Assembly (NCBI GenBank): GCA_963745805.1 | Contig: CAVUYT010000018.1 | Span: forward strand, 114,294 to 178,293 | Source of the DNA: an uncultured Acidobacteriota bacterium | Lineage (GTDB): Bacteria; Acidobacteriota; Terriglobia; Acidiferrales; UBA7541 | DNA length: 64,000 bases | Direction of reading: 5' to 3' | Part shown: piece by piece, positions 27,837-37,143 of the stretch | Layout: every line of letters starts with the position of its first letter | How positions within the stretch are numbered: position 1 is the first letter of the stretch | Translations under genes and position numbers: made by a program | Notes under the pieces: model-generated | What the model saw: only the letters and a program-made list of their open reading frames with translations | The model's database searches: none | Told to the model about the DNA's origin: nothing

Positions 27837-28358
27837 TCATGCCTTGGTCAACTTAATTTCGCCGAAGGTCATGAAGACGCGGGTGGTGCCCGCCGGACCG
27901 CTATATGCGCCATTAGCCCGGCAAAGCTGAAAAGCCAGCGCGGTGAGCTCCCAGCAGATTTGCTCGGTGCAGGCGAAATTGAGTGTAGTGAGCCTGGCGA
28001 AGCCATGCTCCTGTCCATAGCGCAGCATTTGTTGTGCGTGTTCCGCCAGGGCAGGCGGGACCGATGGATGATCCCAGCCCCAAAGCCAGGTTCCGTCTTC
28101 CGAGTTGTAGGTACCGATGATTTGTACAGGTGCCTCGGCGCGCATGCCTTGCGGAGTCGTGAAGACGATCGTGCCAAAGTCCAGATTGACACTCCACGCC
28201 GCCTTGTCGATGTGAAATGTGCCCTGGTGAGCGGCGGTTACGGTGGCAAGGCCGTTCATCGCCCTTTCGATCTGTTGCCGAAGTTCTGGTGGGTCTACGT
28301 AATCTTTGTCGGGGAGTTCCATCGCCTCTAACATATTCAGGTCGCTGGAATACATCAA
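27837..28358 (-). CDS. conserved hypothetical cytoplasmic protein (W-rich motif DGTWLWGWDHPS)
   Basis: 173-aa ORF with ATG start and no TM or signal sequence. From memory it resembles a DUF-type ~170-aa family with a TWxWxW motif; family identity not verified. Confidence 0.6.
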   Translation of the reverse strand: MMYSSDLNMLEAMELPDKDYVDPPELRQQIERAMNGLATVTAAHQGTFHIDKAAWSVNLDFGTIVFTTPQGMRAEAPVQIIGTYNSEDGTWLWGWDHPSVPPALAEHAQQMLRYGQEHGFARLTTLNFACTEQICWELTALAFQLCRANGAYSGPAGTTRVFMTFGEIKLTKA

Positions 28359-28400
28359 GAGCCTAAGGGAATTAGGGCGTAAGAAGAGTCTCCTGAAAGC

Positions 28401-28424
28401 AAAAACGCCAGCAAGGTGCTGGCG
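28401..28424 (-). terminator. intrinsic terminator on the minus strand
   Basis: Minus-strand reading is CGCCAGC-ACCTT-GCTGGCG followed by TTTTTGCTTTC: a 7-bp GC-rich stem, 5-nt loop and T tract. Confidence 0.6.
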
Positions 28425-28840
28425 CTACGGTGAGGAGACGCAATGATATCCACGAACTACTATAGGCCAGGAGTAATAGCTCGTCAAGGAAAAAATGGGG
28501 GTGTCCTAATTTGACGCGTTGGCAGTCTTGTTGCATAAAGGAGAGCAACGGGGAGCTCTATGGACGCAAATGAGAAAATGAGCTCGATTGGCCAGCCAGT
28601 GCCGGAGTTGCCGGTCGCTGATGTCGAACACTCACAACAGAACCGGATCCGTCCCGCTAAGTCGGCTTGTAGGAAGTGATCTCCGCGCTTGGCATCGAAT
28701 GTCGTGGACGCGAGCGGCACTAGTAAGAGTAGAGTCCATACGGCCAGTGAAGCCGAAATATCGGAAGGTTCTTACTACTGGTCTCGGGGACGAATCCTAT
28801 CCGTCAAAAGCGTGCTCGCTATTCCCCCAAGTGCGCGCAA

Positions 28841-31687
28841 TCACTTCAATGTAGCGTATTCGGATTTGGCCGCGATGAGGATGGGAATGTCGGCATCGGC
28901 GTCCTTCCATAGTGTAAAGAAATCTTGATAGGCCGCACGGGATCGGATGGTGTCGCCCTGTAAGGCGTAGGCGCGGCCGAGCTGAAGGCGTGCTAACGCT
29001 CCCAGCGGGCAACTCACCGCGACGCCGCGATGGTCCAGGAATTTTTGGAATTCCGCGGCTGCTTCCTTGCCCTGATGCAGCAATAAGTACACTTCGCCGC
29101 GGATGTACACGGGATAGAGAGTGCCACCGACCTCGAACTGGGGAAGCGGTGATCCCAGTTCATACGGTGCTGTGGCCTGGAGACCTTCTAGAGCTTTCGC
29201 CGGATTGTTCCGTCTAATTTCGATCGAGGCATAGATGGTCGGCAACCAGTAACGATTTATTGCCGTATTAAGCGGAAAGCGCTCAGCTAAATCGTGTGCC
29301 ATCTTTTCTGCCTGCTCGATATCTCCGATACGCGAAAATGCCAAGGCCGCAAGAACGCTTACATCTCTTGTGGGAGCTTCAGCCAGCGCAAAGTCGATTT
29401 GCTGGCGGGAGCGCGATGGGTTGTCAAACTCAGCTTCGCGCAGAGCGGCATTCATCTGCCATGCCGCTGCTGTTTCTTTTGAGTCATTGCCGCGAGCAGA
29501 GTCGATAGCGCGTTGCGAGAGTTTCCGTGCGCTTGCTAGGCGCCCGTAAAATGCCTCGGCGTCTGACTCGAACGAGAGCAGCACGTCCTCCCCAGGTTTG
29601 CCACTAGACGCGGCGACTTGCCGCTGCATCTCGGCCGTGTCGTTCTCAAGGAAGGCAGCTCCAAAGCGATTCCCGTGCAGGAACGGATTATCAACTTTGT
29701 GAGCAATGGCCTGCTGATATTTCGCGTCGGCCTCATCGAGACGATTCACGACAGGATACAGACTCACAAGGTTGGTGTAGGCTGCTGCGCTGCCCGGGTT
29801 TAAGCGGAGATCCTCTAGGCTCGCGGTAACTGCTTTTTCGTATTGCCCCAGATAGGTGTAATCAACCCCCAAGTTGCCGAAAGGTTCGCTGTTCAGAGGA
29901 TAGGTCTGCGTCCACACTTCATAGGTCTGGATGGCTTTCTCGAGTTCGCCGGTGACAAGTAGATAGTAGGCAGCCGAAATGCGGAACTTCTCCCGTTCGC
30001 TAACCTTGTCGCGCAAATCATAAGCTTTCTGCAAGTTCTCATTGGCTAGACCCGGTTCTCTGAGATTGGAGTACGAAATCCCCAACGCTTCGTAGGCGGC
30101 GGCGAAATTAGGGTCGCGTTCGATGGCTTGTTTGAAGAAAGGAATTGCTGCCGCGCTACCTTTCTCCTGCAGAGTTTTAACCCCAACGGAAAGGGCCTTC
30201 AAGGCTTCGAGCGAAGGTGTGGTGGCTTGATCCAGGGGGGCGTCGAACTTCTCCACCGTGCTCAACGACTCACCGAGCTTCCCTCTGAGCTTCGTCGCCG
30301 CTTCGTCTAGAGCCTTCAGGATGTGTTCTTTGTCTTCAGCTGTAACCTGCCTTTGCGCAAGTGGATCGCCCGTCTTGCAATTGATGGCATCGAGGCCGAT
30401 CACGTATTGACTGCCGAGGCTGGCAATCGAGCCCGAGATGTAAGCCTTACCGCCCACGCGCTGACAGAGATCACTCGCCACGTCCGGCGTCAGCCTGGTT
30501 CCCGGCGGTTTTGCCATCAGCTTCAGTGTGGCGCGAGTTCTTGCGTTCGAGAGAATGTTAAGAAACGGCGACTGCGCCAGCTGGACTGAAATCGCCTGCT
30601 TCAAGGTGTCGTCGAATACGGGGTCGCCGGTTGTGTTGGTGAAGTCCGCCAGCACAAGAATGTCCTCTTTCGTTAGCTTTGGCGTTCGATGAAAATATAG
30701 ATAACTGCCGGCGGCAAGCGCCAAAACCACTATGGCAACGAGGGCGATGACCCTCCGTCCCTTCTGCAGGCGGGTTCTAGTTGTCGCCTCCGTTGTAGGC
30801 GAGCCCGCCGAATTTGAACCACCCTTCAGTTGCTGCAAGGCGATCCGAATGTCGTCTGCATTTCGGTATCGCAGGTTGCGATCTTTCTCCAGCGCTTTAT
30901 CGATGATTGCTCCTAGCGTCGGAGGCAGGCCGGGATTCAGGCTTGCTAGAGGAATTGGGGCTCGATTCAAAATCGCGTCGTGAACGACGGCAGCAGTGTT
31001 GCCGGGGAACGCCATACGCCCCGTCGCCATTTCATAAAGCACTGCACCGAACGAGAAGAAATCCGTACGTGCATCCAACTCTTCACCGCGCGCCTGTTCG
31101 GGTGACATATACGCAATGGTGCCCAGCGCGCTGCCGGGGCTCGTCAACAGTTCCCTCAGGCTTGCCGTGGGCATCGCAGAATCACTAACCTCCGCGACAG
31201 AAGTGAGCTTCGCCAAACCGAAATCTAGAATCTTCGCCCGTCCCCGCTTCGTCACAAAAATATTTGCAGGCTTTATGTCACGGTGGACGATGCCTTTTTC
31301 GTGTGCCGCCTCAAGGGCATCCGCAATTTCGGCGCCCAGCTCCAACACCTTTTCTATGGGAAGTGGTCTGCTATCGATCATCTGTTTGAGGGTCTGCCCC
31401 TCCATCAACTCCATGGCAATGAAAGGATGCCCGCGATCTTCCGCGATTTCATAGATCGTGCAGATGTTCGGATGGTTCAGTGCGGAAGCAGCACGCGCTT
31501 CGCGACGCAGGCGTTCCAGCGCTTGCAGATCTTTCCCCATGTCTTCAGGAAGGAACTTCAGTGCGACGTGGCGACCGAGGTTTAAGTCCTCGGCCTCGTA
31601 GACCACTCCCATTCCCCCGCCACCGAGTTTCCCCAGGACGCGGTAATGCGAGATTGTCCGCCCGATGATCGGCGAGGAATCACTCAC
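28841..31687 (-). CDS. Hanks-type Ser/Thr protein kinase with TM and large TPR-repeat C-terminal region
   Basis: GTG start. [29 protein letters not shown] and SPE motifs. [22 protein letters not shown]. The C-terminal half is built from TPR-like units ([29 protein letters not shown].. etc.). Confidence 0.9.
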   Translation of the reverse strand: MSDSSPIIGRTISHYRVLGKLGGGGMGVVYEAEDLNLGRHVALKFLPEDMGKDLQALERLRREARAASALNHPNICTIYEIAEDRGHPFIAMELMEGQTLKQMIDSRPLPIEKVLELGAEIADALEAAHEKGIVHRDIKPANIFVTKRGRAKILDFGLAKLTSVAEVSDSAMPTASLRELLTSPGSALGTIAYMSPEQARGEELDARTDFFSFGAVLYEMATGRMAFPGNTAAVVHDAILNRAPIPLASLNPGLPPTLGAIIDKALEKDRNLRYRNADDIRIALQQLKGGSNSAGSPTTEATTRTRLQKGRRVIALVAIVVLALAAGSYLYFHRTPKLTKEDILVLADFTNTTGDPVFDDTLKQAISVQLAQSPFLNILSNARTRATLKLMAKPPGTRLTPDVASDLCQRVGGKAYISGSIASLGSQYVIGLDAINCKTGDPLAQRQVTAEDKEHILKALDEAATKLRGKLGESLSTVEKFDAPLDQATTPSLEALKALSVGVKTLQEKGSAAAIPFFKQAIERDPNFAAAYEALGISYSNLREPGLANENLQKAYDLRDKVSEREKFRISAAYYLLVTGELEKAIQTYEVWTQTYPLNSEPFGNLGVDYTYLGQYEKAVTASLEDLRLNPGSAAAYTNLVSLYPVVNRLDEADAKYQQAIAHKVDNPFLHGNRFGAAFLENDTAEMQRQVAASSGKPGEDVLLSFESDAEAFYGRLASARKLSQRAIDSARGNDSKETAAAWQMNAALREAEFDNPSRSRQQIDFALAEAPTRDVSVLAALAFSRIGDIEQAEKMAHDLAERFPLNTAINRYWLPTIYASIEIRRNNPAKALEGLQATAPYELGSPLPQFEVGGTLYPVYIRGEVYLLLHQGKEAAAEFQKFLDHRGVAVSCPLGALARLQLGRAYALQGDTIRSRAAYQDFFTLWKDADADIPILIAAKSEYATLK

Positions 31688-31878
31688 TGGCGTTGCATCT
31701 TACGTCAGCGCCTCAGCACAGGCAATCCTGTCCGCTCGCAAACAGCCTTTGCGGCCACATACTCCGACACCTATGAATGTGCCCATTCCTCACACTTGGG
31801 CGATAGTTCCCGAGTAACGGGCAACCCGGAAGTTATCAGCTCGCCCGTTGGGTTTGTACCGACAAACGCGCATCTCGT

Positions 31879-31910
31879 CAGTGCTTGATTTCCTGACGAG
31901 ATGCCGACTT
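31879..31910. repeat. copy 1 of a 32-nt direct repeat (core of a ~70-nt similar segment); carries an 11-bp hairpin
   Basis: CAGTGCTTGATTTCCTGACGAGATGCCGACTT matches 33643-33674 at 30/32. Here CATCTCGTCAG (31871-31881) pairs with CTGACGAGATG (31893-31903). Confidence 0.8.
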
Positions 31911-31956
31911 ATGGGTAGTAATCGTCTGCAGTTCCGCATTTCTAAATCGGAGGAGT

Positions 31957-32379
31957 TCAGTCGGCTGCCGGGCCAGCAAAGAGGATGAGATTCCCATCTG
32001 GATCCGAGACTATAAAGGTTCCTGCACCCCATGGCTCCTTCTTAAGTGCTTGATGGAAAGAAACTCCTACAGCCTGATAACTCAGAAACAGTTGATTGAT
32101 TTCGTTCGAAGTCTGAACCGTGATGGAAGCGGAGAGCAGATGTTCGCGCTTGCGAACATCACCAACGAACACAGTTTCGAAGACCAGCCTCAAGGCGAGT
32201 CGCGCATTGTCGCGGATGACCTGCGCGTAGTATGGCGGATCGCCATAGATGAATTCGACGGCGAAGCCGAGTTTGTTTGTATAGAAATCGCAGGAACTCT
32301 TGATGTTCGCAACGAAGAGTTGTGCCGAGATTGAGCTGAGAATGGGGCCTGGGGTCGTCTGTCTGGGTTCATCGGTCAT
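31957..32379 (-). CDS. VOC (glyoxalase/bleomycin-resistance/dioxygenase) family protein
   Basis: ATG 32379 is preceded by AGGAG (the track ORF extends to a TTG at 32406). LFVANIKSSCDFYTNKLGFAVEF ... PWGAGTFIVSDPDGNLILFAG is typical paired beta-alpha-beta-beta-beta VOC sequence. Confidence 0.8.
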   Translation of the reverse strand: MTDEPRQTTPGPILSSISAQLFVANIKSSCDFYTNKLGFAVEFIYGDPPYYAQVIRDNARLALRLVFETVFVGDVRKREHLLSASITVQTSNEINQLFLSYQAVGVSFHQALKKEPWGAGTFIVSDPDGNLILFAGPAAD

Positions 32380-32432
32380 GGCATCTGCTCCTGATTTGAG
32401 CGCCAACCGTCGCGAGCAGGCTCAAGTCACAA

Positions 32433-33389
32433 CTAACACGTTGAGTTGTTGTACCAACGCAGGACTCGGAGAGCGCGCAGTGTGTTCCAGCGGCTTGCCC
32501 CGCCGACATCGGTCTCCATCTCCAACGGAATATGTTCGGGATGAAGGAGGTTCAGCGGCCAGCGCCCGTTCTGGTGGCGGCGCTCCATCACGATTTTGAT
32601 GGCGTCACCGACGCGGCTGTCGGGTTTGATTCCTGCATTTCGCAGATAATCGAGCCCGCGCAAGACGTCGTAGTGCCAAAACGTCGGGAACGAGAAGCGC
32701 AGCCAGCGTTTGTCGATGACTTTGCTAGTTCGAAGCGAGCGGAACATGCGGCGCTCGAGCAGATAGTTTTCAGCCCTTTTGCGGGCTTTAGTGACGGCCG
32801 CCGATTTGCGCCCTGCGCGTTCGTAATCGAGTAGTTCTTCGAGCACGCAGATGGTGGTATGGAACGAAGAGCGCCGGCTGGGGGGGCGTTTCGGCGGCAA
32901 GAAGGGCCATGCTTCGCAGTTCCAGCCGCCATCTTCGAGCTGCTCGCCGAGGAGTTGCTTGGCCAGTGCGTCGTTGGGCTCCTTGAAATACGAACCGATG
33001 CCGAGGATTCTGCCGTTGATGCAGGGCTCCGTTTCGCCGTGAAGGTAAGGCCGGTTATTGAGCGGCTTAAACACGAGGCGCTTGTCGATGCGGTCGATCA
33101 TTTTGCGAGCCTGCTTGCTGGCGGGGTCGAGGCCGAGGTCCTTCAAGACGACGAGACTGAAGAGGGCTATAAGGTCCCACTTCGGCCCGCCGCCCCAGTG
33201 GCCGGCAGGAGATTGGCGGGCGAGAAGTTGAGCTCCCCAGCCTTCGGTGGCGACGCGCGACCGCTCGGCGGCGATTGCGTCGGGAACTTCATTGGTAAGG
33301 TCCCTCATGACCTGCCAACGGATGGCCGGGTCAGAATCGAGGAGCCATTTGAGGCGCGCGGGGCGGGGTGCGTAATCGTGCAGGCGCAT
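32433..33389 (-). CDS. hypothetical protein, alpha/alpha-toroid (prenyltransferase/squalene-cyclase-repeat-like)
   Basis: 318 aa with repeated Trp/Gly motifs of terpene-cyclase/prenyltransferase-like repeats (SPAGHWGGG, QLEDGGWNCEAW, HQNGRWPL). Family assignment is motif-level only. Confidence 0.6.
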   Translation of the reverse strand: MRLHDYAPRPARLKWLLDSDPAIRWQVMRDLTNEVPDAIAAERSRVATEGWGAQLLARQSPAGHWGGGPKWDLIALFSLVVLKDLGLDPASKQARKMIDRIDKRLVFKPLNNRPYLHGETEPCINGRILGIGSYFKEPNDALAKQLLGEQLEDGGWNCEAWPFLPPKRPPSRRSSFHTTICVLEELLDYERAGRKSAAVTKARKRAENYLLERRMFRSLRTSKVIDKRWLRFSFPTFWHYDVLRGLDYLRNAGIKPDSRVGDAIKIVMERRHQNGRWPLNLLHPEHIPLEMETDVGGASRWNTLRALRVLRWYNNSTC

Positions 33390-33642
33390 TTATATGTTAT
33401 AGCAAGCGGTATGTAAGTTTTCACCCGTGCGCTGAACCGTGTTCGCTTTGGCTCCTGCGTGTGGCAGAAGTGGGGCAAAATGCCCTCCGGGCGCCCAGAG
33501 AGATTCTCCGCCGAACAACAATCTGGAACCCCGCTCCCACAGCTCCATTCGGCCACATGGGCGCCTGACTATGCTCACACACTCAAAGCCGCAATCACGG
33601 TCGAAACCGCGGAACTACTGGAATTGCTGGCGCATTAACTTT

Positions 33643-33674
33643 CACTGCTTGATTTCCTGACGAGAAGCCGACTT
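33643..33674. repeat. copy 2 of the 32-nt direct repeat
   Basis: CACTGCTTGATTTCCTGACGAGAAGCCGACTT. Weaker similarity continues on both sides (GCGCAT upstream; GGTA..CTGCA..GC.TT downstream). Confidence 0.8.
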
Positions 33675-33820
33675 CCCGGTACAAAAGCTACTGCACTGTT
33701 GCGTTCATCCCCGCGACGAGCGGAGCGCGCAGGGCTCTGAATCGCACTCGCTAAAAACGCATCGGACGGTGCAACCCCCCGCGCCGACTGAAAACCGTTG
33801 ACTCCCCCCCTAAATATACC

Positions 33821-33850
33821 TTGACACGTATATGCTCTCTGGAGTATACG
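33821..33850 (+). promoter_or_regulatory. candidate promoter with embedded dyad (possible ArsR operator)
   Basis: TTGACA (33821-33826), 18 nt, TATACG (33845-33850). CGTATA (33827-33832) and TATACG (33845-33850) form a 6-N12-6 inverted repeat. The arsR-like ATG lies 6 nt after the -10-like hexamer. Confidence 0.35.
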
Positions 33851-33856
33851 AAGAGC

Positions 33857-34255
33857 ATGCAATCCGTATTCGAAATCATTGCGGAGCCGAACCGCCGGGC
33901 GATACTGGGCCTGCTGGTCTCGTCGCAACAGTCGGTGGGAGAGATCGAGCGTCAGCTTGGTATGCCGCAGCCGACCGTGTCAAAGCACCTGCGCGTGCTG
34001 CGAGAGGCCGGTTTCGTGGAATCCACGGTGGACGCACAACGCCGTCTCTACCAGCTGAAACCTGAACCGTTTCAGGAGGTGGATGCCTGGCTGGCTCGGT
34101 TCCGTCGGTTCTGGTCCGATCACGTGGATGCTCTCGAACGCCACCTCGACCGGATGGATCCTTCAACACCAACCAGGGCAACACCAACGAAAAGGAAGAC
34201 AAAGAGAAATCGCCGCGGCGCAAACCGCGGAAATAGCAAAGGAGAAAAGAAATGA
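33857..34255 (+). CDS. ArsR/SmtB-family transcriptional regulator
   Basis: FEIIAEPNRRAILGLLVSSQQSVGEIERQLGMPQPTVSKHLRVLREAGFV is a canonical ArsR wHTH. ATG 33857 is preferred over the TTG at 33821. The stop overlaps the next start (ATGA). Confidence 0.88.
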   Translation: MQSVFEIIAEPNRRAILGLLVSSQQSVGEIERQLGMPQPTVSKHLRVLREAGFVESTVDAQRRLYQLKPEPFQEVDAWLARFRRFWSDHVDALERHLDRMDPSTPTRATPTKRKTKRNRRGANRGNSKGEKK

Positions 34256-34644
34256 AGATCAAAGTGACCAGCTTACACGTGGACGACCAGGACAAGGCCC
34301 TGCGCTTCTATACGGAGGTGCTGGGCTTTGCCAAGAAGACCGATTTCAGCCAAGGCCCCTATCGCTGGCTGACGGTGGCCTCGCCCGAGGAGCCGGACGG
34401 CACGGAGCTGCAGTTGGCGCTGAACAACAACCCCGCGGCCAAAGCGTATCAGCAGGCCATCTTTCAACAGAGCCAGCCCGCGATGATGTTCTTCACCGAC
34501 GATATCAAGGGCGACTACGAGCGGATCAAGGGCCGCGGCGCGGAGTTCACGATGCCGCCAACCGACGTGACCGGCTCGACCATTGCCATGCTGAAGGACA
34601 CCTGCGGCAACCTCATTCAGCTCACGCAGCTGAAGCGCTGGTAG
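34252..34644 (+). CDS. VOC (glyoxalase) family protein
   Basis: MKIKVTSLHVDDQDKALRFYTEVLGFAKKTD ... GSTIAMLKDTCGNLIQLTQL. Typical VOC fold sequence, 130 aa. Confidence 0.85.
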   Translation: MKIKVTSLHVDDQDKALRFYTEVLGFAKKTDFSQGPYRWLTVASPEEPDGTELQLALNNNPAAKAYQQAIFQQSQPAMMFFTDDIKGDYERIKGRGAEFTMPPTDVTGSTIAMLKDTCGNLIQLTQLKRW

Positions 34645-34692
34645 CAGCGCCCAAAAAACAGAGGAAGTCGACCAGGAGAACAGGAGAAGAAA

Positions 34693-35091
34693 ATGACCGA
34701 TCGCGAGAAGAAAGCAACGAAGAAGGCTGCCGGGCGCTACGGCCCGCCCGCCGACAAGACCGAAGGCGAGGCCGAGGTGCTAACGAAGATCGCCGCAATG
34801 CCGGCGCCCTACCGCGCCATGGGCGAGCGCCTCCACGCGCTCATCTTGCGGAGCGCGCCGACACTTCAGCCGACCTTGTGGTATGGCATGCCGGCATACG
34901 CCAAGGACGGCAAGGTGATCTGTTTCTTCCGTGTGGACAAATATATGACCTTTGGTCTTAGCGATAAGGCGAACCTTGCCCTGGAGGAAAGTGCGCCGCA
35001 CCAGCTCCGTGAATCAGCATGGTTCTTCAACAAGCTGGATGATGCAACCGAGGCCAAGCTCTGCGCCATCGTGAGCAAGGCCGCGAGCTGA
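34693..35091 (+). CDS. DUF1801 (YdhG-like) domain protein
   Basis: AGGAGAAG RBS. PAPYRAMGERLHALILRSAPTLQPTLWYGMPAYAKDGKVICFF matches the DUF1801 pattern as I remember it. Confidence 0.75.
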   Translation: MTDREKKATKKAAGRYGPPADKTEGEAEVLTKIAAMPAPYRAMGERLHALILRSAPTLQPTLWYGMPAYAKDGKVICFFRVDKYMTFGLSDKANLALEESAPHQLRESAWFFNKLDDATEAKLCAIVSKAAS

Positions 35092-35102
35092 CGGAGAAAA
35101 CG

Positions 35103-35672
35103 ATGAATCCTCGCGAACAGTACACACCGGGCCCGGCAAGCGGCGCGCAGATACAAAAGGACGGAGAGAAGTGGACGCTCGTTCTCGTCAGAGAAGTGCG
35201 CCACTCGCCGGAAAAAGTCTGGCAGGCGCTTACCGACCCGGCGCATCTGCGCGAGTGGGCGCCCTTCGACGCCGACGGGAACCTGGGCACGGTTGGAAAC
35301 ACGGTGAAGCTCACCACGGTGGGAGCGCCCGCGCTGCATGTTACTGAAACAACTGTGACGCGAGCGAACGCTCCTGAGGTGCTTGAGTACAAGTGGGGTG
35401 GCTTCGACATGCGGTGGGAACTCGAAGCGTTTGGTGGCGGCACGCGCCTGACGCTGTGGACCAACATCGGTCACCGCTTTATCGCCATGGGTGCTGCCGG
35501 GTGGCACATCTGTTTCGATGTTCTGGATCGCCTTCTCAGCGGAACTCCGATTGGACGCATGGTTGGCCCCGACGCCATGAAGTTCGGTGGCTGGCAGCGG
35601 CTGAACGCGGAGTACGCCAAGCAGTTTGGTATTGAATCGCCCAACTGGCCGCCCCAGGCGGCTCAAAAGTAG
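35103..35672 (+). CDS. SRPBCC/AHSA1-like domain protein
   Basis: VRHSPEKVWQALTDPAHLREWAPFD ... VLEYKWGGFDMRWELEAFGGGTRLTLW, typical of Aha1/START-like SRPBCC proteins that co-occur with ArsR regulators. Confidence 0.75.
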   Translation: MNPREQYTPGPASGAQIQKDGEKWTLVLVREVRHSPEKVWQALTDPAHLREWAPFDADGNLGTVGNTVKLTTVGAPALHVTETTVTRANAPEVLEYKWGGFDMRWELEAFGGGTRLTLWTNIGHRFIAMGAAGWHICFDVLDRLLSGTPIGRMVGPDAMKFGGWQRLNAEYAKQFGIESPNWPPQAAQK

Positions 35673-35696
35673 TGAATAAAAGGAGGAGAATTAGTC

Positions 35697-35933
35697 ATGA
35701 AAGAAGCAACCAAACGTTCGATCGTTCGCTGGATTCACATCGTCTTGGCCATTCCCATCGTCGGCTATATTTATAGCCCGTTTGACCAAATCCCGAACTA
35801 CGCGCCCATTACCCGGTATGTCTACGTTCCTATCCTTGTCCTTTCGGGATTATGGATGTGGAAAGGCCATGTCGTTCGACGACTTCTTACGAGTAGGCCG
35901 TTGACTGGCACAGCCTCGCACTCGAACCTATGA
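35697..35933 (+). CDS. small hypothetical membrane protein (2 predicted TM)
   Basis: Strong RBS AAAGGAGGAG. 78 aa with two hydrophobic segments (WIHIVLAIPIVGYIY; YVYVPILVLSGLWMW). Last gene of the ArsR-led string. Confidence 0.6.
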   Translation: MKEATKRSIVRWIHIVLAIPIVGYIYSPFDQIPNYAPITRYVYVPILVLSGLWMWKGHVVRRLLTSRPLTGTASHSNL

Positions 35934-36005
35934 TCTTCGACCGGCGGATGACGCGGCAGTGTTGCAGTTCAGGCCGAGAGACGGGTTGATGAGCTTATGA
36001 TGAAG

Positions 36006-36401
36006 CTACTTGTCGACGGGGCGCCCGAAACACAGCACGTATCCGCTGTTGTCGGTGATCTCGAAGGCTCGGAGTCCATCGCCCGTATTGGCCAGTTCCC
36101 GATGCATGGGAACCTCCCTGCCTACGAACTCTGTGTACAGTGAGTCGGGATCATCCGTGCCGATGTAGGCGTCCCAGCGAGCCCATTCGTGACGCGAAGA
36201 ATTCGGCTGGGGATGGATCTCGGGTGTGATGGCCTTGAAGAAGAGCATAGCCCGGTCGCGTACCAGGATGGCCCAGAAGTCGTCTCCGTCTCCGTCACCA
36301 CCACCCTTATGAAGAACGTCGAACCCCAGCTTGGATTGATAGAATGCAACCGTCGCGCCCAAGTCGTCGACGATAAAAGAGGGAGCAGAACTTTTCAACA
36401 T
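36006..36401 (-). CDS. VOC (glyoxalase) family protein
   Basis: Internal ATG 36401 of track ORF 36006..36644 gives MLKSSAPSFIVDDLGATVAFYQSKLGFDVLHKG ... FEITDNSGYVLCFGRP. ATG 36443 is an alternative start. Confidence 0.8.
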   Translation of the reverse strand: MLKSSAPSFIVDDLGATVAFYQSKLGFDVLHKGGGDGDGDDFWAILVRDRAMLFFKAITPEIHPQPNSSRHEWARWDAYIGTDDPDSLYTEFVGREVPMHRELANTGDGLRAFEITDNSGYVLCFGRPVDK

Positions 36402-36471
36402 AGCGAACGCGCCGTGGACTGGAATATAGCCCAGGCTGAGCATCTCGTGCAAGAACTGGAGGCCTAACCCA

Positions 36472-36888
36472 ATGAATCCATCGGAACGTATTGACCAGCT
36501 TATCGAAGTACTCAAAGACTGGCGTGGCAAAACGCTTGCCACTGTCCGCAAGACCATCCTCGAGGCCGACCGGGAGATCATCGAAGAATGGAAGTGGATG
36601 GGAAGCCCGGTGTGGTCTCGCGACGGAATGATAGCGGTCGGCAACGCTCACAAAGATAAGGTGAAGCTTACCTTTTCCAACGGAGCCAGCCTCCCGGATC
36701 CTGACAAGCTATTCAACGCCGGCCTCGGAGGCAACGCCTGGCGGGCGATCGATCTTTTCGAGGGCGATAAGATGAATGAGCGCGCGCTAAAAAATCTCGT
36801 CCGCGCTGCCGTTGATTTCAATCAGATCAAATTGAAGAGGAAAGCGCCTGCGGGTGGCCGAGCGAAAGTACATAAAAGCAAAAAGTGA
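36472..36888 (+). CDS. DUF1801 domain protein
   Basis: IEEWKWMGSPVWSRDGMIAVGNAHKDKVKLTFSNGASLPDP..FNAGLGGNAWRAIDLFEGD matches the DUF1801 pattern. Divergent from the VOC gene. Confidence 0.75.
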   Translation: MNPSERIDQLIEVLKDWRGKTLATVRKTILEADREIIEEWKWMGSPVWSRDGMIAVGNAHKDKVKLTFSNGASLPDPDKLFNAGLGGNAWRAIDLFEGDKMNERALKNLVRAAVDFNQIKLKRKAPAGGRAKVHKSKK

Positions 36889-37143
36889 TGACACTACAGC
36901 TTTTCCTGACTGATTCTCTTTGCGGGACAGTCTTGCTTCCTTAAGCATCCTCCATTCAGTCGTCCCGTGAAAAAAGTCATTGTGAGGTATAGACTCAGTG
37001 CCTCGGCTGATAGGTGCTGATTGAATTCAACGAGTTCTTGAAGTAAAACGCGGATATTCAATCGGGTGACCATCGTTCGGCGGGACATCCCGCAGCCGCT
37101 AGGGGTAGCGGAAGACTGGCAGGTTTTCACCAGGAGGATTTAG

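Noticed and set aside
31886-31910. CUGACGAG within the direct repeat as a hammerhead-ribozyme core (CUGANGA)
   Set aside because: There is no matching GAAA/cleavage-site half and no three-stem junction in either copy. The octamer is simply one arm of the 11-bp hairpin in copy 1.
36889-37143. Possible cobalamin riboswitch in the 255-nt leader of the TonB-dependent-type gene (AGCGGAAGACTGGCAGG resembles a B12 box; TCCCGCAGCCGCTA resembles the CCCGCAAC core)
   Set aside because: The matches need indels, and the conserved GGGAA/GGTG..AA and GCCACTG elements are not found. The two neat hairpins (GCGGG-ACAT-CCCGC; CCGCTA-GGGG-TAGCGG) do not reproduce the riboswitch junction. The receptor is an Oar-like type, not BtuB. 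Running Infernal with RF00174 would settle it; I expect no hit.
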